Shown here piece after piece: positions 1 to 13,576 of a stretch of DNA of 47,688 bases; the first letter of the stretch is position 1; the number at the start of each line of letters is the position of its first letter. The notes under the pieces were generated by a model, which searched no databases, had not been told where the DNA came from, and worked only from the letters and a program-made list of their open reading frames with translations. This DNA comes from Callorhinchus milii (Eukaryota), in contig NW_024705405.1 in NCBI RefSeq assembly GCF_018977255.1, positions 1-47,688 on the forward strand, read 5' to 3'. Position numbers and translations under genes: made by a program.

Positions 1-2020
1 GCAGTTATGTTTACACAAAGTAAACTTTATTCGCTCAAACCTCAGCTCAGACATGATCATAGTATTCATTTCCAAAGACGTTGTGTGCCGCGAGAGCAGG
101 GCCGGCCACAAATAGCCGGGCAGCAGAAGCAGCATGTCCTTTAGATTGCACTCTCATACTCACAGGCCCTTTGGATTGTACCCGTTGGGTTGCACTCCCT
201 CGTTGAGAAGGCCGCTCTCCTCCCTTTCTAAAGTTACATGCTAATTTCTCATGTGAACATCACTAGCCCCGGCCACTTCTTTATGACCCAGGTCTACACC
301 CATTTCAAACCTTTTAAAACTTTCTGCCTCAGCAGCAGACCATGCTTTTACACATGACGGACGCTTGTGTTGCGCCTGAAACGTCGTGATTTATTGAATG
401 CCTATGTGTCTTTTACTGAAATAACCAAAGAGTATATAATATTATAAACTATGAACTATAACCTATCAATTATTACTCTGTAAACTACTATTAATTGTTA
501 GTGTATAATCACGTAAATGGAGGTATGGGATTATAATCGCATACGAATCATTGAATCGCACTGTGCTCATATTAGAATCAGATGTGGTAGTACGTATGGT
601 AAGTGAATATGCAAACACGGGGGTAGGATATGCAGGATTAGAATCGAATTACAATTATTCGAATCCCACTCGTATTAGAATCACACTGTGCACTGTTGGA
701 TGAATGTGTCGTATCAATGGAATCGAATCGCTATATACATATATACACGTACAAAGATTATAACAATCACACATTATAACATTTATACAACGCACATTAT
801 TTTAAAAACGCATTTAACATTTCCATTCATTTTTTTTTACTGAGAATGTCGTTGTCCATGTGGGGAGATGGAGCGCAGTGGATCGTATCGTCTAAGCTGC
901 TTTTCGGAATCCGTGTGATAACCCAGTCACATCGCCTAACTCCAGTGACAGCACCTTACCCAACTACATCTCCCCAACAAGACAGCCTTACCGATGCTGT
1001 GTATTATGTTTATGGGATAACAGAGGTGTGCATTTTCCCATACGCCTTGCCCAAAAAGACTGATTATCCGCTTAACAGCCTAGCCCAATAAACCACTATT
1101 GGTGACAGTGTTGTTTGAGAGCAGCTATTAAAGTCGATTTGGCATACGAGGTGGTGGCTGGCCAAACCATGCCTCGCTGTTTGTCTCCGGAGTGATGACG
1201 GATACAAACCAGACCAAGCGGAGACCATGTACCAGATCGGATTTTGGTTACTGATGTTAGAGTGATTGTATTGCAAGTGTGGTCACTACGCGTCTGTACG
1301 TGCTCACTCCCGAAGCTTGGCGGTTTTTGGCAACGCCACGGGGCTGCATTCACTTTAAATCGAGGACAATGGAGGGCATGGGGAACGTGTTTTTCCATTT
1401 ATTCAAAATAAGCGCATAATTATACACTGAGATGCACTTACATATTCATGCATGAAGCACAATGGGCACATTACCCTTCGTATGTTAATAGACATGCAGA
1501 TTGCACCTTCTAGAATTAACAATCGAATGCAAATATCCTGAAAGACAAAGGATTGGATCCTAGCGGGGGAGTTATAAGGCCGCTCAGAAGCAGAGCTTAA
1601 TGCCATTTCGAGAGGGAACTTGATCGAGGTTGGACGCTCGACTCGTCGGTCTGCTGATCACCCTTCTACCGCGAGACAACGCAGCCTGGCGAGCACAATT
1701 GCTGCGTCGACAGTTAGGCGACTTTGCGTCGGGAGAGTTCGTGGCGACATCTTTAGACGGGTTCCAGACATCGATATACCGTGAATCTCCAAGTAAGTGT
1801 CTATTTTCGCGGATAAATCTTAAACGTGTTCGTCGTCAAATTACGGGATTTTTTTTTGCGTCTCGGTTAGACGCGAGTGTCGTTCTTGTTATAGCAGTTA
1901 ACAAAATCCAAAACTCAACGCTAAACATCATTGCGGCCGATAGCGTACTTTTGACTCGATAACACCGCTACTGTTACTACGCTCACATGGAGCAGAGACG
2001 CTCTCCACAGCCCCACGCAC
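1..2020 (+). repeat. Segmental duplication of ~6359-8380 (upstream region plus ZF start)
   Basis: Near-identical sequence at an offset of ~6.36 kb. A third partial copy lies at ~15240-16290. Confidence 0.9.
345..436 (+). mobile_element. Decayed Penelope-like terminal fragment (duplicate at ~6705-6800)
   Basis: atgacggacgcttgtgttgcgcctgaaacgtcgtg...aaccaaagagtata matches the family, but the CTGAnGA box is damaged. Confidence 0.45.
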
Positions 2021-2399
2021 ACGGAGGCAAGAAGTCATTCAATTGCTCTGTGTGTGGGAAGAATTTTCCATGGCCATCACATCTTCAGAGACACCAGAGA
2101 ACACACACGGGCGAGAAGCCGTTCCTGTGTTCTGTGTGTGGGAAGGCAATTTCAAACTCATCGCATCTTCAGAGTCACCAGAGAACGCACTCGGGTGAGA
2201 AGCCATTCCTGTGCTCTGTGTGTGGGAAGACATTTGCTAGTCATCACATCTTCGATTCATCAGAGAGCACACACGGGCGAGAAGCCGTTCCTGTGCTCTG
2301 TGTGTGGGAAGACATTTGCACAGTCATCACATCTTCAGAGTCATCAGAGTACACACTCGGGTGAAAAGCCATTCCTGTGCCCTGTGTGTGGTAAGACAT
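1987..2399 (+). pseudogene. C2H2 zinc-finger gene copy 1, truncated in finger 5 (no C-terminal tail)
   Basis: [13 protein letters not shown] start followed by CxxC..HxxxH-TGEKP repeats. Frameshift near 2240. At ~2395-2399 the array joins the family 5'UTR sequence (gacatcttcagacggg). Confidence 0.85.
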
Positions 2400-2601
2400 C
2401 TTCAGACGGGTTACAGACATCGATATACCGTGAATCTCCAAGTAAGTGTCTATTTTCGCGTCGTTAAATTAGCGGGATTTTTTTGCGTCTCGGTTAGACG
2501 CGAGTGTCGTTCTTGTTTTAGCAGATAACAAAATCCAAAACATCCTTGCGGCCGATAGCGTACTTTTGACTCAATAACACTGCTGCTGTTACTACGCTCA
2601 C

Positions 2602-3424
2602 ATGGAGCAGAGACGCTCTCCACAGCCCCACGCACACGGAGGCAAGAAGCCATTCAATTGCTCTGTGTGCGGGAAGTCCTGTTCACGGTCATCAGATCAC
2701 CAGAGAACACACACGGGCGAGAAGCCATTCCTGTGCCCTGTGTGTGGGAAGACATTTGCCAGGTCATCACATCTTCAAGACCATCAGAGACACACACGGG
2801 CGAGAAGCCATTCCTGTGCTCTGTGTGTGGGAAGGCATTTGCACAGTCATCACATCTTCAGATTCATCAGAGAGCACACGCGGGCGAGAAGCCATTCCTG
2901 TGCTCTGTGTGTGGGAAGACATTTGCACGGTCATCACATCTTCAGAGTCACCAGAGAACACACACGGGCGAGAAGCCATTCCTGTGCCCTGTGTGTGGGA
3001 AGGCATTTGCACAGTCATCACATCTTCAGAGTCATCAGAGAACACACACGGGCGAGAAGCCATCTGTGTCTTATGTGTGGGAAGGCATTTGCACAGTCAT
3101 CACATCTCAGCCATCAGGAGCACACACGGGCGAGAAGCCATTCCTGTGCCTTGTGTGGGAAGGCATTTGCACAGTCATCAATCTTCAGAGTCATCAGAGA
3201 ACACACACGGGTGAGAAGCCATTCCTGTGCCCTGTGTGTGGGAAGGCATTTTCACAGTCGTCAAATCTTAACACGCATCAAAAGGTCCACAATGATAGGA
3301 AACGAAATTGAGTGCTGCATTGAGTCCTGAAGAAGTTTCCACCTTCGATCCCATGCAGTTGGATCCCGAGAGATGGCTGGATGTAATGGAGTGGCTCGAC
3401 GATCAAACCGAGAGTCAGGGATGA
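2602..3424 (+). pseudogene. C2H2 zinc-finger gene copy 2, ~8 fingers, frameshifted
   Basis: Fingers are split across ORFs 2602 and 2658. Several 1-nt indels, a short deletion in finger 1 and a damaged linker. The tail (..[13 protein letters not shown]..) ends in TGA at 3422-3424. Confidence 0.8.
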
Positions 3425-5860
3425 CTGAAAAATATTAGGTCAGGTAATACCTATTAAGCCGTATCGAGTACTTTTGTGTGTAATTTTGTTAGTTTTACAG
3501 TTTTTGTGAGAGTTTAATGACGTGCACAGTGGTGGTTTGTAATGTTATCGGATTACTTGCCGAAGTGGCGTGATGAGCAGTGGTTGTGATATGATTCAAT
3601 TCCGGACAATATTGTAGTCGTTAAGTCTTCCTGTTGAGCTAAAGTTGGAATGCATCTTCAGTTAGATCTTTTCTCAACATTTTAAACGGGTTTTTTCAAG
3701 CATATAGCTTTTTTTGGTTGGTATTAATCGACTTTAGATAGCCGATTTCAGGAAGTACATTGATGACGCGTTCGTTGGATATATGGCCTTGACTTCAACA
3801 TTGACGCACAGTGAACAAATGTGGTGAATAATAAGGAAATCATGGGAATGATACTTTAACGCTTTGGTATTCCTGGAACGGAAATGGTTTGCATGGTACT
3901 GGAAATGTGTGAACATAGGACATAATAAATATTCCCTTCGAGTTTTGACGTAAAATGATTGCAGATGAATAAAAACGTATTTTTAACAAATGTTTGTCCG
4001 TCTTTATTTTATAATGTTCCTAGCAAAAACATGTTAAGAATTTCAGGTGGAGGATCTCCGTCACACAAGTGTGCCCTTAACCGCAGCATCTTGGCTGTCT
4101 ACCCGATTAACACGTGTTCCTTGAGGGGAAAGGTCCCCGTAGTTAATCGTTCATCAACGTACCAGTCCCTAATCCCGAAGTATGTCGGGGATAAACTGTA
4201 CTCTATAACATTTAAACTGTAATACTATAAACGATAACGCTAAAATAAACGAATATTAACTAGTGTTCTAATTCGTATAACAGTAGTGTTTATAATTGTA
4301 AACGGAGGTAAGGTATATATAATTTGATTAGAACCATTAGATTATGAATCGTTACAATTATTATAACAATCACAAATTGTGACAAAGCGAAATTCCCACA
4401 AGCAAAACACCACGCTCACGTGACGAATTCTTAAACAAATTGCAACACTCAAGTGACAGAACTCAACAAAAAACGCCGCAATAAAAGAACAACATCAATG
4501 GACAAATCTAAAAACAGACAACACACGCACGTTAGTAGCTGTTAGAAGACAACCCCTAGCACCTTCAACTATACACATCATACAGCCAACTCGTAAATGG
4601 AGCGGTATATGACAGCCTTCGCTGCTGTCGACGGGGCCAAGCAGCGAGTGTTTAACGCCATTGTTTCAGAATCCGTGTCATCACCCGGTCACAGCGCCTT
4701 ACCCAAACTGCATCTCCCCAACAAGGCAGCCTTCCCTATGCTGTGTATTTTAGCAGTATATTTACGGGCGCACTTGAAGATAACAATTCGTCTCGAAAAG
4801 GAAAGCGAATTGTTCTACCAAAACGATTTCAAATTTCTATCCGAAAGAATGAGTTCATTCATGAGTAGTATTCACTAAGCACCGATGGCACTAACCTACA
4901 CACAGTTATGATTAAACAAAGTAAACATTAGTCGCTCATCTCAGCTCAGACATGATCATAGCAATTATTTCCAAATCCGTGTCGGGTCCCACGAGAACAG
5001 GGCACGGCCACAAACTCTCAGATTGAAGAAGAAGTCGCTGCTTTGCCATCGAATGGTTTCGTAGCTGCTGTAGTTGCTTCTGTTACTGTTATATCGGCAG
5101 CATGTTGGTGTCCCGTGACACCAACCTATCAGACCAACGCCATCGATCGACGTCTTGGATATACTCTCACATTGTAAATTCTCACACTGTGAACTTTAAC
5201 ATTATGAACTTCAACAATGGTAACTTAAAAACATTCACATATACATTTGAAAAATCTACAAATTACTGTAAACTAGTATGTGAACTCTAACAATATAACA
5301 TATGAGCTATACATTATAAGGCTATACAATAACATTATTAACTAGTGCTATAGATTAGAACAACCTACCTTGAAGTGTGATTTTCGAATCGCATTCGAAT
5401 TATTCGAATCACTCCGTGGTCCTCTTCGAATCACACTACGGTCGTAAGTATGTAACATGTATGTATGTAACATATCTGTTTGTAGTAAGTATGTATGTCA
5501 TGTAACATGTATGTATGTAATGCATGTAACATGTATGCATGTAACATGTATGTATGTCATGTACATGTATGTATGTAACATGTATGTATGTAATATGGAC
5601 GTGCGAACCAAGGGTGGGTATGTGAAACGGAAGGTGCAGGATCAGGATGGGATTACAATTATTTGAATAACACTTTGGTGGTATTAGGATCAAGCTGTCC
5701 ACTGCGGGATGAATGTTCCATCTCAATGGCATCACATAGCAATATTCAGTATGTATATATAAAAAAATTGCACAAACCCAAAATAAGCCCGTGCAATTAT
5801 GAATCGTTACAATTGTAATGACTCGTTTGATAAAAGTATTTGATCAAAGTTTGTTATCCC
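3310..5860 (+). repeat. Segmental duplication of ~19220-21785 (ZF tail and downstream flank)
   Basis: Colinear high-identity match. Related copies at ~8910-11280 and ~13470-14800. Confidence 0.85.
5446..5596. repeat. (ATGT)-rich minisatellite, ~15-bp unit catgtatgtatgtaa (paralogues at ~10920-11050 and ~21400-21525)
   Basis: Seen directly. Copy number differs among the three duplicated sites. Confidence 0.85.
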
Positions 5861-5947
5861 ATCACGGAACACCACTGGAACTATTCTTTGGTTCTTTCGG
5901 TTAAGTCACGTCTAAAGATAAAATAATAAATTAAAATAATAGCATAT

Positions 5948-5988
5948 TACGACGTTTCAATTGCAATACAAGCAATCATCATCAGGCA
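5948..5988 (-). ncRNA. Minimal type I hammerhead ribozyme motif (Penelope-like)
   Basis: The minus strand reads TGC-CTGATGA-T-GATTGC-ttgtatt-GCAATT-GAAA-CGTC-GTA. Stem II is fully paired and differs in sequence from the 47610 copy. Confidence 0.7.
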
Positions 5989-7877
5989 TAAAAGAAATTG
6001 CAACAAAAATCTAACTCGAAAACTATAGACAGACATACAAGCAGACAGACATCACAAGGACACACAGAGAGAGGACACATATCGGCACAAAGAGAGGGGT
6101 CGTTTCTGTGACGGTCCCTTAAATATAGAGAGGGGGGCGGGGACGGAGAGAGGGAGGGGGCAGATAAAATTAGCATATCAATGAGTGGACGGCAACGTGA
6201 TGCTGCTGCGCAAGTAAGATTGTTGATAATAATTCGTCTGGACGTGGCACGTGCCTTGTTCTACTCGATCAACAAAAATTAGTACAATGTCCGTCATAAG
6301 GGAGTGCGTTTTCATTCATGAGTAGTCTTCGCTGATCCCCGATTATACAAACCAACACGCAGTTATGTTTACACAAAGTAAACTTTATTCGCTCAAACCT
6401 CAGCTCAGACATGATCATAGTATTCATTTCCAAAGACGTGTGGTGTCCCGCGAGAGCAGGGCCCGGCCACAAATAGCCGGGCAGCAGAAGCAGCATGTCC
6501 TTTAGATTGCACTCTCATACTCACAGGCCCTTTGGATTGTACCCGTTGGGTTGCACTCCCTCGTTGAGAAGGCCGCTCTCCTCCCTTTCTAAAGTTACAT
6601 GCTAATTTCTCATGTGAACATCACTAGCCCCGGCCACTTCTTTATGACCCGAGGTCTACACCCATTTCAAACCTTTTAAAACATTCTGCCTCAGCAGCAG
6701 ACCATGCTTTTACACATGACGGACGCTTGTGTTGCGCCTGAAACGTCGTGATTTATTGAATGCCTATGTGTCTTTTACTGAAATAACCAAAGAGTATATA
6801 ATATTATAAACTATAACCTATCAATTATTACTCTGTAAAATACTATTAATTGTTAGTGTATAATCACGTAAATGGAGGTATGGGATTATAATCGCATACG
6901 AATCATTGAATCGCACTGTGCTCATATTAGAATCAGAATGTGGTAGTACGTATGGTAAGTGAATATGCAAACACGGGGTAGGATATGCAGGATTAGAATC
7001 GAATTACAATTATTCGAATCCCACTCGTATTAGAATCACACTGTGCACTGTTGGATGAATGTGTCGTATCAATGGAATCGAATCGCTATATACAGTATAT
7101 ATACACGTACAAAGATTATAACAATCACACATTATAACATTTATACAACGCACATTATTTTAAAAACGCATTTAAACATTTCCATTCATTTTTTTTTACT
7201 GAGAATGTCGTTGTCCATGTGGGGAGATGGAGCGCAGTGGATCGTATCGTCTAAGCTGCTTTTCGGAATCCGTGTGATACCCCAGTCACATCGCCTAACT
7301 CCAGTGACAGCACCTTACCCAAACTACATCTCCCCAACAAGACAGCCTTACCGATGCTGTGTATTATGTTTATGGGATAACAGAGGTGTGTATTTTCCCA
7401 TACGCCTTGCCCAAAAAGACTGATTATCCGCTTAACAGCCTAGCCCATAAACCACTATTGGTGATAGTGTTGTTTGAGAGCAGCTATTAAAGTCGATTTG
7501 GCAAACGAGGTGGTGGCTGTTTAAACGATGACTCGCTGTTTGTCTCCGGAGTTATGACGGATACAAACCAGACCAAGCGGAGACCATGTACCAGATCGGA
7601 TTTTGGTTACTGATGTTAGAGTGATTGTATTGCAAGTGTGGTCACTACGCGTCTGTACGTGCTCACTCCCGAAGCTTGGCGGTTTTTACCAACGCCACGG
7701 GGCTGCATTCACTTTAAATCGAGGACAATGGAGGGCATGGGGAACGTGTTTTTCCATTTATTCAAAATAAGCGCACAATTACACATTGAGATGCACTTAC
7801 ATATTCATGCATGAAGCGCAATGGGCACATTACCCTTCGGTATGTTAATAGACATGCGGATTGTGACTTCATAAATT

Positions 7878-7970
7878 AACAATCGAATGCAAATATCATG
7901 AATGACAAAGGATTGGATCCTAGGGGGGGAGTTATAAGGCGGCTCAGAAGCAGAGCTCAATGCCATTTCG
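7878..7970 (+). promoter_or_regulatory. Putative ZF core promoter (representative copy; homologues upstream of every ZF copy except copy 2)
   Basis: AACAAT at 7878, octamer ATGCAAAT at 7887, reverse CCAAT (gattgg) at 7911, TATAA at 7933, and Inr-like CCATTTC with its A at 7965, 32 nt from TATA. Confidence 0.55.
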
Positions 7971-8142
7971 AGAGGGAGGTTGGACGCTCGACTCGTCGCT
8001 CTGCTGATCGCCCTTCTACCGCGAGACAACGCAGCCTGGCGAGCACAATTGCTGAGTCGACAGTTAGGCGACTTTGCGTCGGGAGAGTTCGTGGCGACAT
8101 CTTCAGACGGGTTCCAGACATCGATATACCGTGAATCTCCAA

Positions 8143-8247
8143 GTAAGTGTCTATTTTCGCGGAAAAACTCTTAAACGTTTTCGTCGTCAAATTTACGGGA
8201 TTTTTTTGCGTCTCTGTTAGACGCGAGTGTCGTTCTTGTTTTAGCAG
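8143..8247 (+). other. Putative 5'UTR intron of the ZF gene (representative copy)
   Basis: Consensus donor ccaa|GTAAGT at 8143 and acceptor ttcttgttttagcag| at 8244/8247. The donor is present in all copies. Confidence 0.65.
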
Positions 8248-8336
8248 TTAACAAAATCCAAAACTCGACGCTAAACATCCTTGCGGCCGATAGCGTACTT
8301 TTGACTCGATAACACCGCTACTGTTACTACGCTCAC

Positions 8337-9021
8337 ATGGAGCAGAGACGGTCTCCCCAGCCCCACGCACACGGGGGCAAGGAACAATTCAATTGCTCTG
8401 TCTGTGGGAAGGCATTTTCATGGTCATCAAGTCTTAAGAGACACCAGAGAATACACACGGGTGAGAAGCCATTCCTGTGCTCTGTGTGTGGGAAAACATT
8501 TGCACACTCATCACATCTTCAGAGTCATCAGAGAACACACACGGGCGAGAAGCCATTCCTGTGCCCTGTGTGTGGGAAGACATTTGCACAGATCAAATCT
8601 TCAGCTCACAAGAACACACACGGGCGAGAAGCCATTCCTGTGCCCTGTGTGTGGGAAGACATTTGCAAACTCATCACATCTTCAGAGTCATCAGAGAACA
8701 CACACGGGCGAGAAGCCATTCCTGTGCCCTGTGTGTGGGAAGACATTTGCACACTCATCACATCTTCAGCGTCACCAGAGAACACACACGGGCGAGAAGC
8801 CATTCTTGTGCCCTGTGTGTGGGGAGGCATTTGCACACTCATCAAACATGAACAGGCATCAGAAGGTCCACAATGATAGGAAACTGAAATCAAAAGCTGA
8901 AATTCAAGGTGCTGCAATGAGTCCTGAAGAAGTTTCCACCTTCGATCTTATGCAGTTGGATCCCGAGAGATGGCTGGATGTAATGGAGTGGCTCGAGAGT
9001 CAACCAGAAAGCTCGGGGTGA
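8337..9021 (+). CDS. C2H2 zinc-finger protein copy 3, 6 fingers plus acidic tail (one frameshift near 8600, possibly an assembly error)
   Basis: ORFs 8337 and 8404 together give 6 TGEKP-linked fingers and [46 protein letters not shown]. Confidence 0.8.
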
Positions 9022-11269
9022 CTGAAAAAAATTAAGTAATGTGGTTATACCTTTTAATCCTTATCGAGTACTTTTTGGTTATAATTTTGACCATTTTAGT
9101 TTTACAGTTTTTGTGAGTTTAATTACGTGCACAGTGGTGGTTTGTAATGTTATCGGATTACTTGCCGAAGTGGTGTGATGAGCACTGATTGTGAGAGGGT
9201 TCAATTGTAGTCATTAAGTGTTCCTGTTGAGCTAAAGTTGGAATGCGTCTGTAGTTAGATCTTTACTCAACATTTTAAACGGTTTTTTTCAAGTATATAG
9301 CTTTTTTTATTGGTATTAATCAACTTTAGATAGCCGATTCCAGGATGTACATTGATGACGCGATCGTTGGATATATGGCCTTGACTTCAACATAGACGCA
9401 CAGTGAACAAATGTGGTGAACTAATAAGGAAATCATGGGGAATGATACTTTAACGCTTTGGTATTCCTGGAACGGAAATGGTTTGCATTGTACTGGAAAT
9501 GTGTGAACATAGGACATAATAAATATTCCCTTCGAGTTTTGACGTAAAAATGATTGCAGATGAATAAAAACGTATTTTTTACAAATGTTTGTCCGTTCTT
9601 TATTTTATAATGTTCCTAGCAAAAACATGTTAAGATAATTTCAGGTGGAGGATCTCCGTCACACAAGTGTGCCCTTAACCGGCAGCATCTTAGCTGTCTA
9701 CCCGATTAACACGTGTTCCTTGAGGGGAAAGGTCCCCGTAGTTAATCGTTCATCAACGTACCAGTCCCTAATCCCGAAGTATGTCGGGGATAAACTGTAC
9801 TCTATAACATTTAAACTGTAATACTATAAAAGATAACACTAAACATTAAACGATTGTAAACTAATGTTCTAATTTATAACCATATAAACGGAGGTAAGGT
9901 ATTATACTATCATTAGAATCACAGTGTGGTCGTATAAGAATCACGCACAAACCCATTATGAACTCATGAGATTATGAATCGTTACAATTATTATAACAAT
10001 CACAATTTGTGACAAAGCGAATTTCCCACAAGCAAAACACCACGCTCACGTGACGAATTCTTAAACAAACTGCAACACTCAAGTGACAGAACTCAACAAA
10101 AAAACGCCGCAATAAAAAGAACAACATCAATGGACAAATCCTAAAAACAGACAACACACGCACGTTTGTAGCTGTTAGAAGAAAACAACACCTAGCACCT
10201 TCAACTATACACATTATACAGCCAACTCGTAAATGGGGCGGTATCTGACAGCCTTCGCTGCTGTCGACGGGGCCAAGCAGCGAGTGTTTAACTCCATTGT
10301 TTCAGAATCCGTGTCATCACCCGACCACAGCGCCTTACCCAAACTACATCTCCCCAACAAAACAGCCTTCCCTATGCTGTGTATATTAGCAGTTTATTTT
10401 CGGACGCACTTGAAGATAACAATTCGTCTAGAAAAGGCAGGCGACTTGTTCTACCAACATGATTTCAATTTATATCCGAAAGAAGTATGAGTTCATTCAT
10501 GAGTAGTATTCACTAAGCACCGATGGCACTAACCTACACACAGCTATGATTAAACAAAGTAAACAGTCGCTCATCCCAGCTCAGACATGATCATAGCAAT
10601 TATTTCCAAATCCGTGTCGGGTCCCACGAGAACAGGGCACGTTCACAAACTCTCAAATTGTAAACTCACATTGTATACTCTAACATTATAAACTCTAACA
10701 ATATAACCTTCAAACTATGAGCTATACACTGTAACGCTTAAAAATAACACTACAAACTAGTGTTATAGTAAACTATAATGTTGTGAACTCTAACAATATA
10801 AGCTAACAGCGATACATTATAACGCTATAAAATAACATCATAAACAAGTGTGATATTCGAATCTCATTCGAATTCTTTGCTTCACACCGTGGTCCTCTAA
10901 GAATCACACTATGCTCGTGAGTATGTAACATGTCTGTATGTAATATGCATGAATGTAATATGTATGTATGTAACATGTCTGTATGTAATATGTATGCATG
11001 AGATATGTCTCTATGTAGTATGTATGCATGTAACATGTATGTATGTAATATGGACGTGCGAACCAAGGGTGGGATATGTGAAGCGGAAGGTGCAGGATCA
11101 GGATGGAATTAAAATTATTTGAATAACACTTTGGAGGTATTAGGATTAAGCTGTCCACTGCTGGATGAATGTTCCAGCTCAATGGCATCAAATAGCAATA
11201 TTCAGTATGAGTATGTAAAATAATCGCACAAACCCAATATTAGCCCGTGAAATAATGAATCGTTACAAT

Positions 11270-11578
11270 TGTAATGACTCCGGACTCAGACTGCAGAGGG
11301 TTCTTTTATTTAGCCTTTAACGCGGTTTCAGACCCCAGGCGTCACGATATAGCAACGACGACGACGAGACAGCAACCAGCCAACACAGCCCCAAACCTCG
11401 TTCCTCCCCCTCTCTCATTCTCGGCGTGAACCTCCGCCCACACTTGGTCTCGCCTTCCCTTCTCGAACTCTCTCTATCTTGTTGTCACCACTTGTCGCTT
11501 AGTTGACGCACTGTCTTTACATCACCCACCTCTATGACCTCTCCTGACCCCCAAGGGCGGAGCAACTTGGGGGACATA
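11270..11578 (-). mobile_element. Gypsy-like 3' LTR (11270-11521) with PPT and a short integrase fragment
   Basis: The ends tgtaatgac...gtctttaca are 8/9 inverted (TG..CA). AATAAA lies near the 3' end on -. Purine-rich gaggtgggtga sits directly 5' of the LTR. The adjacent SPKLLRPWGSGEVIEV is homologous to 26790-26840. Confidence 0.5.
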
Positions 11579-13059
11579 CAGATATGTATGTAAATTATCT
11601 GTTCAATCGAACCGGGGGTCGGATATGTGAACTGTGGGGGGGGGGGGTACAGGGCAAGAGTAGCATTCAAATTTTGAATAACAATATGGTCGTATTAGCA
11701 TTTTAATGGGCTTTAATGCATGTTACGTGCAAATGCAAATCGTTAGTCGTAAATGCGAGGGAGGGGTTAAGAGGTGCACGTTTAATCCAGTGTTAACATT
11801 TATTTTAGCATCATATTTAAGGACACTGTTGTTGATAAGAATTCGTCTGGACATGGCACGTGCCTTGTTCTACTCGATCAACCAAATTAGTACAATGTCG
11901 GTCATACAGGAGTGTGATTTCATTCATGAGTAGTATTCACACAGCCCCGATGACACTAACCTACCTAAAGTTATGGTTAAACAAAGTAATCTTGAGTGAC
12001 TTAATTCTCAGCTCAGACATGATCATCGCAATCATTTCCAAAGACGTGTGGGGTCCTGCGAGAGCAGGTCCCGACTACAAACAGCTGGGCAGCAGAATCG
12101 GAAGTAGCTGCGTCGCCCTCGAAATGTGATGTTGCTGCTGTTGTCGCTGCTGTTGTTGCTGCTGTAATTGCTTCTGTTGCTGTGATATACGCAGGGAGGT
12201 GGTGTTCCGTGATGGGATGACGCCTTTGATTAAAGCCTCTGATCAAACTCACCCGATTGACGCCCTTATCGTCGCATTTGATCAACTCTGATATTGTATA
12301 CTCTCACATGTTAAGCTCTATCATAGTGAAACATAATATTATAACCTATGAACTACAACCTATCCATTGTAACGCTGTAAAAGAATATTACCTATTGGGT
12401 TTCACTCCCTCGTCGAGAAGGCCGCTCTCTTCCTTTTCTAAAGTTACATGCTAATTTCTCTGCATTCACTTTAAATCGAGGACAAAGTTTTTCCATTTAT
12501 TCAAAATAAGCGCACAATTACACACTGAGATGCACTTACATATTCATGCATGAAGCACAATGGGCACATTACCCTTCGGTATGTTAATAGACATGCGGAT
12601 GTGCCTTCCAAAATTAACAATCGAATGCAAATATCCTGAAAGACAAAGGATTGGATCCTAGGGGGGAGTTATAAGGCGGCTCAGAAGCAGAGCTCAATGC
12701 CATTTCGAGAGGGAACTTGATGAGGTTGGACGCTCGACTCGTCGCTCTGCTGATCGCCCTTCAACCGCGAGACAACGCAGCCTGGCGAGCACAATTGCTG
12801 TGTCGACAGTTAGGCGACTTTGCGTCGGGAAGTTCGTGGCGACATCTTCAGACGGGTTCCAGACATCGATATACCGTGAATCTCCAAGTAAGTGTCTATT
12901 TTCGCGGAACGTGTTCGTCGTCAAATTAGCGGGATTTTTTTGCGTCTCGGTTAGACGCGAGTGTCGTTCTTGTTTTAGCAGTTAACAAAATCACCTAAAC
13001 ATCCTTGCGGCGATAGCGTACTTTTGACTCGATAACACCGCTGCTGTTACTACGCTCAC

Positions 13060-13576
<517 letters not shown>

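Noticed and set aside
846..1606. Short ORFs in spacer modules (MSLSMWGDGAQW.., MERYMTAFAAV.., MPCSTRST..)
   Set aside because: They recur only because the DNA is duplicated. Stops and frames are not preserved between copies and no domain is recognisable.
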